The notes under the pieces: generated by a model
What the model saw: the letters and a program-made list of their open reading frames with translations, nothing else
What the model was told of the DNA's origin: nothing
Databases searched by the model: none
Translations under genes and position numbers: made by a program
Source: an uncultured Ruminococcus sp.
Lineage (GTDB): Bacteria > Bacillota > Clostridia > Oscillospirales > CAG-272
Length of the DNA: 64,000 bases
Direction of reading: 5' to 3'
NCBI GenBank assembly: GCA_964430105.1
Contig: CAYSEF010000005.1
Location: 183-64,182, forward strand
Shown: one piece after another, positions 10,940 through 19,912 of the stretch
Layout: each line of letters opens with the position of its first letter
How positions within the stretch are numbered: the stretch's first letter is position 1

Positions 10940-11151
10940 TGTTTAACCTCATCTATTCGATATTTTTCTATCGTATATAATACTATAAGGAAACGATTTT
11001 GTCAACAAAAAGCGTTTGTTTTATCTCCGATTTTGATTTTTTACTGAAATTTGTAATTTATCTCTTGTGCTTCTACTCAAAATATTGTATAATGTAAATT
11101 GGTATTTTTTATTATCATAAACGTAAACTCTTTCAAAGGAGCTTTTAATAA

Positions 11152-12777
11152 ATGGCAGAAAAAACCGAAATTCTTGATACTTCCGATATCAGTTTACTTT
11201 ATCCTGATGCGGATAGCCTTCGTCGTCATATGCTTGGGCAGGAAAATGCACGTCTTTCCCAAATCACAGCAGAACAGCTTGAGCTTTATTTTTTGATGGA
11301 TCTCAAGACCTGTGATTTTGGCAGCTTTTACACCTGCGATCCTGAGGTAATACTCTATCGTCAGGATACCTTTGAGGATATGGTAGACAATCCCGAGCTT
11401 GCCCATATACTTCTCAAAATGATACCATTTCTCTCTGATATCACCGAGCTTCGTAAGATGGGTGCCGACTCAGCTGCTTCAACAGAATCTTATCTATACA
11501 GCATTACCGAAGTTGAACTTTATACTTCTCTTCTCGATCTCCTGCGTGACAATCTTCTTCCGCTTGCACCAAAGCTGAAAAGCTCCGCATTCCGTCGTTT
11601 TGCAGAACGTATAAACACTCTCACCGGAAGTGAATACTATAAAAACCTCAATAATCAGCTTAAAGAGCTTACATCTCGTGTTCGTGAAATTAAAAGTGTG
11701 ACTATCGGTGTAAACTTCGATTCACAGCTTCGTGTTGACCGTGCAGGTGTGCTTTCTATAAACAACGAATATTTCAAGTCAGGTGAGCTTCTCGATAAAA
11801 TGCTCCGTCTTGACTTCAAAAATGACGAAATGACCTGTATTGCACCTCTTGTAGCATTCAAAAAAGGTCAGTCTGATAACCAGCAGATGGCACTTGCAAA
11901 CGCATTTAATTCTGCTATCACAGATGTTTTCCGTCAGTCTATACGCTCCTGGAAAAAAGTCATTCAGCACTATGTTCTTGAAAACACAGACTTCCTCATT
12001 CGTCTTATGCCTGAGATAGAATTTGTTACAAAGGCTACTGAGCTTTTGACAAAGCTGAAGGCTAAAGGATGCCCACTGTGTCACCCCGAAATTCGTCCTA
12101 TGTCGGAAAAAGCATTCTCCGCAAAAGGACTTTGCAATCCTATTGTTTCTGTAAAATTAGACGCTCCCGTTGTTCCAAACGATTTTGTTTTCGATAACGA
12201 CGGTATGATCTTTGTTTTAACAGGTCCTAACCGCGGTGGTAAATCAGTCATTACCTGTGCTGTAGGTCTTGCGTTCGTCATGGCTCAGCTTGGTCTGCCC
12301 GTATGTGCGGATTCTTGTATTATCAGCCCTGTCGATGAAATATTCACACACTTCCCAACCGGCTCTGAAGATACTATCGACAAAGGCAGACTGGGTGAAG
12401 AATGCTCCCGTCTTAGCACGATTTTTGAAGATGTTACCGAGGACAGCCTTGTACTTCTTGACGAATCATTGTCATCCACAGGATCGTTTGAGGGCGCATA
12501 TATCGCTTCAGAGGTACTTCAAGGCTTCTCGCTCGTTAAGTGCCGTGGTATCTTCTCAACTCACCTGCATGATCTTGCGGCTTCAGTTGACTCAATCAAT
12601 GCAGCATCTCTCCCCAAAGGCGGCGTTAAGATAGACAATCTTGTAGCAGCTATAAAAGAAGGCTCTCGCAGCTTTAAGATACTTCGTGAAAAGCCTGACG
12701 GAAAGAGCTACGCACGAGATATTGCGGATAAATATGGTTTGTCACTTGATAAAATCATTGAGAAAATACAAAAGTGA
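11152..12777 (+). CDS. MutS-related ATPase (MutS domain III/V only)
   Basis: 541 aa with Walker A LTGPNRGGKS, Walker B LVLLDESLSSTGSFEG and STHLHDL. No mismatch-recognition N-domain. Confidence 0.75.
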   Translation: MAEKTEILDTSDISLLYPDADSLRRHMLGQENARLSQITAEQLELYFLMDLKTCDFGSFYTCDPEVILYRQDTFEDMVDNPELAHILLKMIPFLSDITELRKMGADSAASTESYLYSITEVELYTSLLDLLRDNLLPLAPKLKSSAFRRFAERINTLTGSEYYKNLNNQLKELTSRVREIKSVTIGVNFDSQLRVDRAGVLSINNEYFKSGELLDKMLRLDFKNDEMTCIAPLVAFKKGQSDNQQMALANAFNSAITDVFRQSIRSWKKVIQHYVLENTDFLIRLMPEIEFVTKATELLTKLKAKGCPLCHPEIRPMSEKAFSAKGLCNPIVSVKLDAPVVPNDFVFDNDGMIFVLTGPNRGGKSVITCAVGLAFVMAQLGLPVCADSCIISPVDEIFTHFPTGSEDTIDKGRLGEECSRLSTIFEDVTEDSLVLLDESLSSTGSFEGAYIASEVLQGFSLVKCRGIFSTHLHDLAASVDSINAASLPKGGVKIDNLVAAIKEGSRSFKILREKPDGKSYARDIADKYGLSLDKIIEKIQK

Positions 12778-12835
12778 GTTTTTGGCTCAAAGCTCCGCAA
12801 ACACCACTTACATCTATATATAAAGGAGAACTACA

Positions 12836-13312
12836 ATGACCGAATTACTCCGTCTCTTGGAAAATGATGCACGTCTTTCACCGAAAGCACTTGCTTTGAT
12901 GCTCGACAAAGAAGAAGGCGATATCAAAAAAATGATCGAGGATTGCGAAAATGACGGCATTATTCTCGGATATCATACAGTTATCGACTGGGATAAAACT
13001 AATACCGAATATGTTACTGCTATGATAGAGCTGAAGATAACACCACAGCGCGATCATGGCTACGATCATGTGGCAGAAAAAATATACAACTATCCCGAAG
13101 TTGAATCCCTCTACCTTATGTCCGGTGGATTTGACCTTGCTGTATTTATCAAGGGCAAGACAATGCGTGAAGTCGCTTTCTTCGTTGCAGAAAAGCTCGC
13201 TACAATTGAGGATGTTATTTCCACCTCAACTCACTTCATGCTCAGAAAATATAAGGATAACAACGTTATCTACGGCGCTGTTCCGGTTGACGAGAGAGGA
13301 AATATTATCTAA
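12836..13312 (+). CDS. Lrp/AsnC-family transcriptional regulator
   Basis: 158 aa with an N-terminal wHTH and a C-terminal RAM-like domain. The stop overlaps the next start. Confidence 0.8.
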   Translation: MTELLRLLENDARLSPKALALMLDKEEGDIKKMIEDCENDGIILGYHTVIDWDKTNTEYVTAMIELKITPQRDHGYDHVAEKIYNYPEVESLYLMSGGFDLAVFIKGKTMREVAFFVAEKLATIEDVISTSTHFMLRKYKDNNVIYGAVPVDERGNII

Positions 13313-14478
13313 TGCTCGATTATTCAAATATCCTCTCACAAACTGCACAGGATATAAAGCCTTCCGGCATACGCAAATTTTTTGATCTGCTCAGTGACCG
13401 CAAGGATGTTATCTCACTCACAGTTGGCGAACCCGACTTTGTAACACCATGGCACATTCGTGTAGCTGCTATGGAATCCCTACAAAAAGGCAAGACCTAT
13501 TACACATCAAACAGCGGTACTGTCGAACTCCGTGAAGCTATTTCCGATTACATGGAACGTCGTTTTTCGCTGAAATATGCGCCAAAGGACGAAATTATCG
13601 TAACTGTAGGCGGAAGTGAAGCTATTGACCTCGCAATGCGTGCGTGTATCAATCCCGGTGATGAGGTAATCATCCCTCAGCCTGCGTTTGTTTGCTATGG
13701 CCCTATTGCTGAGCTTGCAGGTGGCGTTCCTGTTTTCATCAACACAAAAGAAGAAAACCGCTTCAAACTCACAGCGGATGAGCTTAAGGCTGCTATCACA
13801 CCAAAAACAAAGCTTCTTGTGCTTCCCTATCCTAACAACCCGACCGGTGCAGTAATGACTCGTGAGGATCTTGAGGCAATTGCAGATGTTCTGCGTGATA
13901 CTAACATTATCGTTCTGTCTGATGAAATATATTGCGAGCTTACATATAACGACAGTCACACATCCTTCGCATCAATTGACGGTATGCGTGAACGTACTAT
14001 CATCGCAAGTGGTTTCTCTAAAGCTTATGCTATGACAGGCTGGCGTTTGGGCTATACGCTTGCTCCGCGTGAAATAACAAAGCAAATGCTGAAGATACAT
14101 CAATACGCTATCATGTGCGCTCCTACAATGTCGCAGTTCGCAGCAGTTGAGGCTATGCGTAATGGAGATAGCGATGTTGAAATGATGCGAAACGAATATA
14201 ATCGTCGTCGCAGATACATTGTCGGTGGACTTCGTGGAATGGGTATCGATTGCTTTGATCCCGAAGGCGCATTTTATGTGTATCCGAATATTTCAAAATT
14301 CGGGCTTTCATCCGAGGAATTCTGCCAGCGACTTGTCGATGAAGCAAATGTTGCGATAGTACCCGGCACAGCTTTTGGCGAATGTGGAGAAGGCTTTGCA
14401 CGAATTTCCTATGCATACTCTGTAGAGCATATCGCAAAAGCTCTCGAACGCATCGAAAAATTTATTAAAACTCTGTAA
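13312..14478 (+). CDS. class I/II PLP-dependent aminotransferase (aspartate aminotransferase-like)
   Basis: 388 aa with NPTG and the SGFSKAYAMTGWRLGY PLP-lysine motif. Confidence 0.85.
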   Translation: MLDYSNILSQTAQDIKPSGIRKFFDLLSDRKDVISLTVGEPDFVTPWHIRVAAMESLQKGKTYYTSNSGTVELREAISDYMERRFSLKYAPKDEIIVTVGGSEAIDLAMRACINPGDEVIIPQPAFVCYGPIAELAGGVPVFINTKEENRFKLTADELKAAITPKTKLLVLPYPNNPTGAVMTREDLEAIADVLRDTNIIVLSDEIYCELTYNDSHTSFASIDGMRERTIIASGFSKAYAMTGWRLGYTLAPREITKQMLKIHQYAIMCAPTMSQFAAVEAMRNGDSDVEMMRNEYNRRRRYIVGGLRGMGIDCFDPEGAFYVYPNISKFGLSSEEFCQRLVDEANVAIVPGTAFGECGEGFARISYAYSVEHIAKALERIEKFIKTL

Positions 14479-14631
14479 TTAAATCAAAATTAGCACATTA
14501 TTCAAAAAAATCCTCAAAATAATACTGTTTTTGTGAAATAAAAAACTCAAATCCTATTGCATTTTTTATTTGGATGTGCTATAATAACTATTGTTGACTA
14601 TTGTTTAATTCCATAAATGGAGGTATTTGAA

Positions 14632-14817
14632 ATGGCAAAGTGCTGCATCTGCGGTAAGGGCGTTACATTTGGTTGCAACGTATCTCACTCACATCGTAAG
14701 ACCAACAGAGCGTGGAAACCGAACATCAGAAAGGTAAAGGCTGTTGTTGACGGTACTCACACAACCGTAAACGTATGCTCTCGTTGTCTGCGTTCCGGTA
14801 AAATCAACCGCGCGTAA
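14632..14817 (+). CDS. rpmB: 50S ribosomal protein L28
   Basis: MAKCCICGKG...SHSHRKTNRAWKPN, with GGAGG 8 nt upstream. A TTGCAT-17-TATAAT-like promoter lies about 14560-14590. Confidence 0.92.
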   Translation: MAKCCICGKGVTFGCNVSHSHRKTNRAWKPNIRKVKAVVDGTHTTVNVCSRCLRSGKINRA

Positions 14818-14837
14818 TGCAATTTTATATGTCACTT

Positions 14838-14873
14838 AAAACTCCTTCTTTCAGATGGAGTTTTTGACTTTTT
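14838..14873 (+). terminator. rho-independent terminator after rpmB
   Basis: AAAACTCC-loop-GGAGTTTT followed by a T-rich tract. Confidence 0.6.
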
Positions 14874-15605
14874 ATGAGAAGTTTTTCTGAAATTATGCAT
14901 CCCGTTTGTCTTTGCTCCGCTGAAATTCCGAATGAGATACACGATAAGCTTTCTGACAGATTTCATGTTATCACACTTCCACCGGACAATATGCTTGCAA
15001 AGCCCGTGCGCTGTCATCCCGACATGATTTGCTCGATAGTTGATAAAAATATCATTTTTCCGACAAATTATGCCGAAAAAAATCTTAATGTTATCGACGA
15101 AATTAAGCTTGTCAGCGGATATTCCGTAATTTTGACAGATTCTCCACGTGGCGAAATTTATCCATTGGATGTTGGACTTAATTCAGCTATAGGATGCGAT
15201 TTTATTATATGTCGAAAAAAATCCACTGACAGCAAGCTGCTGGAAATCGCAAACAACAGTGGAAAATATGTCTTAAACGTAAGTCAGGGCTATGCGGGAT
15301 GCTCATGTATCGTTGCGAATAATTCTGTTTTGACCTCCGACAAAGGTATATTCAATATACTAATGCGTGAAAATATAGACGTGGAGTTGTGCGACAATAC
15401 GGGAATCGTTTTGCCCGGATACGACGTTGGCTTCATTGGTGGTTGTGGTGGTTATTTTGACGGAAGCATATATTTTTTCGGCAATTTCGATCTGCTTGAA
15501 TGTGCTTCAGCTATTCGAGAATTCGCTGCGAAGCATTCGCTCGACATATGCAAATTAAGCAATGCTCCGCTTACCGACTACGGTGGATTGAAATTTCTGC
15601 CATAA
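14874..15605 (+). CDS. hypothetical protein, possibly an amidinotransferase/GME-fold family (DUF6873-like)
   Basis: 243 aa with conserved-looking HPDM, YPLDVGLN and GYAGCSC motifs. The family name is from memory. Start uncertain (alternative ATG at 14895). Confidence 0.5.
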   Translation: MRSFSEIMHPVCLCSAEIPNEIHDKLSDRFHVITLPPDNMLAKPVRCHPDMICSIVDKNIIFPTNYAEKNLNVIDEIKLVSGYSVILTDSPRGEIYPLDVGLNSAIGCDFIICRKKSTDSKLLEIANNSGKYVLNVSQGYAGCSCIVANNSVLTSDKGIFNILMRENIDVELCDNTGIVLPGYDVGFIGGCGGYFDGSIYFFGNFDLLECASAIREFAAKHSLDICKLSNAPLTDYGGLKFLP

Positions 15606-15643
15606 TTAGTATATTAGTATAAATATTGTAATTCGAGGAAATT

Positions 15644-16438
15644 ATGTACGATTTTATCCCACAAATAATGCGTGAAGCTGCAAAAATTATGCTCTCAGCG
15701 CACGATATTGATTCAGTTATATCAGCAAAACCAGGTGATGTAAATTTTGTAACAGCTTATGATGTTGCTGTACAGGAATTTCTCTGCCAAAAGCTTCGTG
15801 AAAAGCTACCCGACGCAGTGATTATCGGTGAAGAAGAAACTGAACACCATACAGAATTATTGCAATCCTCACTCGCACTTATCATAGACCCTATCGATGG
15901 CACAACAAATTTCATACACAACTATAGAACCAGTGCAATTTCAATAGGTGTTTGCGATCACGGAACTATGGTTTATGGTGCAGTTTATGATCCATATTCC
16001 GACAGACTTTATCATGCAGAACGTGGTAAAGGTGCATTTGTGACAACAAAAAACAACGAAACCCCTATTCATGTTTCAAATCGCTCATTAAAGGATTCTC
16101 TTACAGGCTACGGAACAGCACCATACGACAAAACGGAGCTTTCAGAAAAGACTTTCCGTACTGCTCATAAGCTGTTCATGTACACACGCGATCTCCGTCG
16201 TTCAGGCTCAGCCGCACTTGATTTGTGCAACGTAGCGTGTGGCTCGTTTGATCTGTTTTTTGAATACAAGCTTTCTCCGTGGGATTTCGCTGCCGGTTCA
16301 CTTATAATAGAAGAAGCCGGTGGTGTTATAACAAAAATGGACGGCTCACCTATGACTTTCGAAAAGCCTTGTCCTGCTGTTGCCGGAAATCCTATTGCAC
16401 ACGCTGAAGCTTTGATGGGCAATTTCTTTGAAATTTAA
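15644..16438 (+). CDS. inositol monophosphatase family protein
   Basis: 264 aa with the IIDPIDGTTNF and WDFAAG motifs. Confidence 0.85.
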   Translation: MYDFIPQIMREAAKIMLSAHDIDSVISAKPGDVNFVTAYDVAVQEFLCQKLREKLPDAVIIGEEETEHHTELLQSSLALIIDPIDGTTNFIHNYRTSAISIGVCDHGTMVYGAVYDPYSDRLYHAERGKGAFVTTKNNETPIHVSNRSLKDSLTGYGTAPYDKTELSEKTFRTAHKLFMYTRDLRRSGSAALDLCNVACGSFDLFFEYKLSPWDFAAGSLIIEEAGGVITKMDGSPMTFEKPCPAVAGNPIAHAEALMGNFFEI

Positions 16439-16450
16439 CCAATATCTGTA

Positions 16451-16499
16451 AAAAAACTCCCGAAATCCGAGATTTTTCTCGAAAATCGGGAGTTTTTTT
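16451..16499. terminator. bidirectional terminator between the IMPase gene and hydF
   Basis: ACTCCCGA...TCGGGAGT stem flanked by an A-run and a T-run. Confidence 0.75.
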
Positions 16500-16501
16500 G
16501 T

Positions 16502-17713
16502 TTAACTGCGTTTATTCAGCATCTCTAAAACATTCGGAAACGGTTTAAGGCTTTGCTTTAAAATACCGTGCATATGCGCTATTGCAACACCATAATTAAC
16601 AATTGCTACACCGGCTTTTTCAGCCCTTGCAATACGGTTCTTCATTTCGGCTTCATTCAGCATACATCCGCCACAATGAACAATAAGCTTATATTCAGAC
16701 AGATTTTCCGGAAATTCACCACCACTTGTGAACGAAAAATCCGGTGATTTACCTGTGAATTTTCTAATCCAGGCAGGCATTTTCACAGTTCCGATATCTC
16801 CGCATTGTCTGTGATGTGTGCATCCCTCTGAAATCAAAACCTTGTCGCCATCCTGCAAATTTTCCAACATAGCCGCACCGTCAACAAGAGTAGAAAGCTC
16901 TCCCTTGTACCTTGCCATCAGTATTGAAAACGATGTCAGTGTCACATCATCGGGAACGATTTTTGACACCTCGCCAAAGGCTTGAGAATCTGTTATCACA
17001 AGCTTAGGCTTGACGGTCAGCATTTCTAAGGTGTGTTCAAGTTCAGTAACCTGACAGCATATGGGTGTACAGTGGCAATCAAGCAATTCACGAAGTACCA
17101 TCTGCTGCGGAAGGATTATTCTACCCTTAGGAGCAGCCTCATCTATCGGAATAACAAGTATAACCGCATCACCCTCAGTAACCAGATCAGCTAAAATGAA
17201 TTTTTCAACCTTCGCTGATTTACCGAGCTTGCCAAGCATTTCTTTAAGTTCGGTAACACCATCACCTGTAACAGAGCTTACCACAATTTCACGTTCACCG
17301 ACGTTTATTTTGCTGTCAGCCAAATCAGATTTTGTATATACAACGATGTACGGCAGTTTTTTCTCACTGAATAATTTCAGCAAATCTTTTTCGTCATCCG
17401 TCAATCCTATAGTAGAATCGACTGCAAGCACTGCTATATCAGTTTCACCGATTATCTGACGAGTTTTTTTGACACGAAGCTCACCAAGCTCACCTTCATC
17501 GTCAAATCCCGGTGTATCGATAATAACGACAGGTCCAAGCGGGAGAAGCTCCATAGCTTTTTTTACTGGGTCTGTAGTTGTGCCTTTTACATCAGAGACA
17601 ACGGACAGCTCCTGACCTGTTATGGCATTAACTAAAGAAGACTTACCTGCATTACGTTTGCCAAAAAAGGCAATATGCAAGCGTTCGCCCGATGTCATTG
17701 AATTAAGTGACAT
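16502..17713 (-). CDS. hydF: [FeFe]-hydrogenase H-cluster maturation GTPase HydF
   Basis: 403 aa with GTPase G1 GKRNAGKSS and the C-terminal cluster motif EGCTHH...HCGGC. Confidence 0.88.
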   Translation of the reverse strand: MSLNSMTSGERLHIAFFGKRNAGKSSLVNAITGQELSVVSDVKGTTTDPVKKAMELLPLGPVVIIDTPGFDDEGELGELRVKKTRQIIGETDIAVLAVDSTIGLTDDEKDLLKLFSEKKLPYIVVYTKSDLADSKINVGEREIVVSSVTGDGVTELKEMLGKLGKSAKVEKFILADLVTEGDAVILVIPIDEAAPKGRIILPQQMVLRELLDCHCTPICCQVTELEHTLEMLTVKPKLVITDSQAFGEVSKIVPDDVTLTSFSILMARYKGELSTLVDGAAMLENLQDGDKVLISEGCTHHRQCGDIGTVKMPAWIRKFTGKSPDFSFTSGGEFPENLSEYKLIVHCGGCMLNEAEMKNRIARAEKAGVAIVNYGVAIAHMHGILKQSLKPFPNVLEMLNKRS

Positions 17714-17758
17714 AATGCTCCTCCTGTTGGATACTGTTTTTTTCTTAAATTATAGCTC

Positions 17759-19216
17759 TTAGAATCTGAAATCACGTCTGTTGGAATTCTTTATATCTTC
17801 AATATTCTGTTCTGCTATCTTACGAACCTTATCCTTTGGAATACGCTTCAATTCTTCTTCGACAAGAGGATATCCAACCTCCTTGGTTTCATCAGAGGCG
17901 TAATCTACAAGATATTCTGTAAGTGTCATGAGAGCATTCGGGTGACAGCAGTTGAGTATCTGTCCGGATTTACAAAGGCTCATGAATCTATCACCGGTTC
18001 TTCCTTCACGATAGCAAGCAGTACAGAATGACGGAATATGTCCGTTTTCCATCAGCCATTTTACTACTTCGTCAAGGGATCTCTGGTCTGATACATCGAA
18101 CTGTTCGGTATCATGCGGACGTTCATCTGCTGAATATCCCGCATAACCACCAACGGATGTTCTCGAACCGCCACTTACCTGAGATACACCGAGTTTGAGA
18201 AGCTTGGAGCGAACCTGTTCAGTTTCACGGGTAGAAATAATAATACCTGTATACGGAACAGCAAGTCTTATACAAGCAGTAATTTTTGCAAAGGTTTCAT
18301 CATCAATACCATTATCAAACTGATCGGGATCTATATCGTCAGCACGCTTCAGTCTGGGTACGCTGATGGTATGCGGTCCAACACCATGTACTGCCTCAAG
18401 GTGTTCGGCGTGCATTATAAGACCTGCAAATTCGTATCTGTACAATTCAAGTCCGAACAGAACGCCAAGTCCAACGTCATCAATACCGCCCTCCATAGCT
18501 CTGTCCATAGCCTCTGTGTGGTACGCATAATTATGCTTCGGGCCGGTCGGATGGAGCTGTTCGTAGCTTTCCTTATGATATGTTTCCTGGAACAGAATAT
18601 AGGTTCCGATTCCGGCATCCTTGAGTTTACGGTAATTTTCAACTGTAGTTGCGGCAATATTTACATTTACACGACGGATATCGCCATTTTTATGATGTAC
18701 TGAGTAAATAGTATTGATACATTCGAGGATATATTCAATCGGGTTATTTACCGGGTCCTCACCTGCTTCGATGGCAAGACGCTTGTGTCCCATATCCTGC
18801 AATGCGATAACTTCGTTTCGCACTTCCTCTTGAGTGAGCTTTTTACGCGCGATATGCTTGTTTTTAAGATGATATGGGCAGTAAACGCATCCATTTACAC
18901 AATAATTGGAAAGATAGAGCGGTGCAAAAATAACTATTCTATTGCCATAGAATGCAAGCTTTATCTCCTCGGCGATCTCATATATCTTCTGAATTTTTTC
19001 GGGAATATCACACGCAAGCAATACGGAAGCTTCACGGTGAGTCAGTCCCTGACAATGACATCCTGTAGCAGTCTTTTGAGGACGTGCCTTTTCAAGAATT
19101 TCATCTATAAGAGCTTCGTTATGCTTATTTGCTTCGGCATATTCGAGTGTCGCACGGATTTCCTCGTCGTTTATAAACTCTTCCGCACGGAGCGATTTAG
19201 GATCATAGATTGCCAT
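17759..19216 (-). CDS. hydG: [FeFe]-hydrogenase H-cluster radical SAM maturase HydG
   Basis: 485 aa with radical-SAM CVNGCVYCPY and the C-terminal CTACYREG...C auxiliary cluster motif. Confidence 0.88.
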   Translation of the reverse strand: MAIYDPKSLRAEEFINDEEIRATLEYAEANKHNEALIDEILEKARPQKTATGCHCQGLTHREASVLLACDIPEKIQKIYEIAEEIKLAFYGNRIVIFAPLYLSNYCVNGCVYCPYHLKNKHIARKKLTQEEVRNEVIALQDMGHKRLAIEAGEDPVNNPIEYILECINTIYSVHHKNGDIRRVNVNIAATTVENYRKLKDAGIGTYILFQETYHKESYEQLHPTGPKHNYAYHTEAMDRAMEGGIDDVGLGVLFGLELYRYEFAGLIMHAEHLEAVHGVGPHTISVPRLKRADDIDPDQFDNGIDDETFAKITACIRLAVPYTGIIISTRETEQVRSKLLKLGVSQVSGGSRTSVGGYAGYSADERPHDTEQFDVSDQRSLDEVVKWLMENGHIPSFCTACYREGRTGDRFMSLCKSGQILNCCHPNALMTLTEYLVDYASDETKEVGYPLVEEELKRIPKDKVRKIAEQNIEDIKNSNRRDFRF

Positions 19217-19273
19217 AATTCTTTCCTTCTTTATTAAAAATAATATTTTGCTTAATTTTATCCGAGATATTAT

Positions 19274-19534
19274 TTATTCATCTCGTGAACCAACAGTAGA
19301 ATATGCTGTTTTTACGCTTATTCCGTCAAGCTTGCCTATCTTCCCCGAAAGTGCGGATATTATATCCTGTGGAGCATCAAGAGCAATGCTTATTATGTTG
19401 ATCTTTTTTTCGCGATACGGAATTCCCATTCTGCCTATGATGTATTGTCCGTATTCATGCAAGATGTGATTAAGCACCTCGACTGTATCGCCGTTTTCTA
19501 CAATGATACTCATGACAGCTACTCTGGTGTTCAT
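19274..19534 (-). CDS. TM1266-family iron-only hydrogenase system regulator (ACT-like)
   Basis: Starts MNTRVAVMSIIVENGDTVEVLNHILHEY..., with GGAGGA 4 nt upstream of ATG 19534. The ORF track extends further but without an RBS. Confidence 0.75.
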   Translation of the reverse strand: MNTRVAVMSIIVENGDTVEVLNHILHEYGQYIIGRMGIPYREKKINIISIALDAPQDIISALSGKIGKLDGISVKTAYSTVGSRDE

Positions 19535-19546
19535 GGTTTCCTCCAC

Positions 19547-19592
19547 AAAAAATAAAAATTGCCATCCCGACAGATTTTGACAGGTACGGCAA
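19547..19592 (-). promoter_or_regulatory. terminator/attenuator hairpin inside the 5' leader of the hyd maturase operon
   Basis: Minus strand reads TTGCCGTACC...GGGATGGCAA followed by TTTTTATTTTTT. It lies between a TTTACA-17-TATAAT promoter (19705..19677) and the RBS. Confidence 0.5.
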
Positions 19593-19912
19593 CAAAACCA
19601 CATTTGTGGCTAAATTCTATATTTACCGCACCTTTCACGCAGAATCTTCTTAATGTCAGGAGCTTTCTATGTGCCTATTATAACATATCGATTCGTTTTT
19701 GTAAAGAGAAAAAGCAATGCCAAATTCATTTTTTTTGTTCAAAATATCCAATTTAATATCAAAACTCCCATTTTAAGCAAGCTAAATGCTTTTCTCCTAT
19801 CAAGTATTTTTTCAACTAACAGCAAAATTTACATTCACACCATTGCATTTAACTATCAAATGAGGTATCATAAAGAAAACTCTATTAGAAAATCCATATG
19901 CTAGGAGATATC

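Noticed and set aside
19653-19904. 83-aa plus-strand ORF in the hyd/MBL divergent intergenic region
   Set aside because: The translation is AT-rich and low-complexity (Phe/Ile/Lys/Asn) with no RBS. The region is better explained by divergent promoters and the hyd leader.
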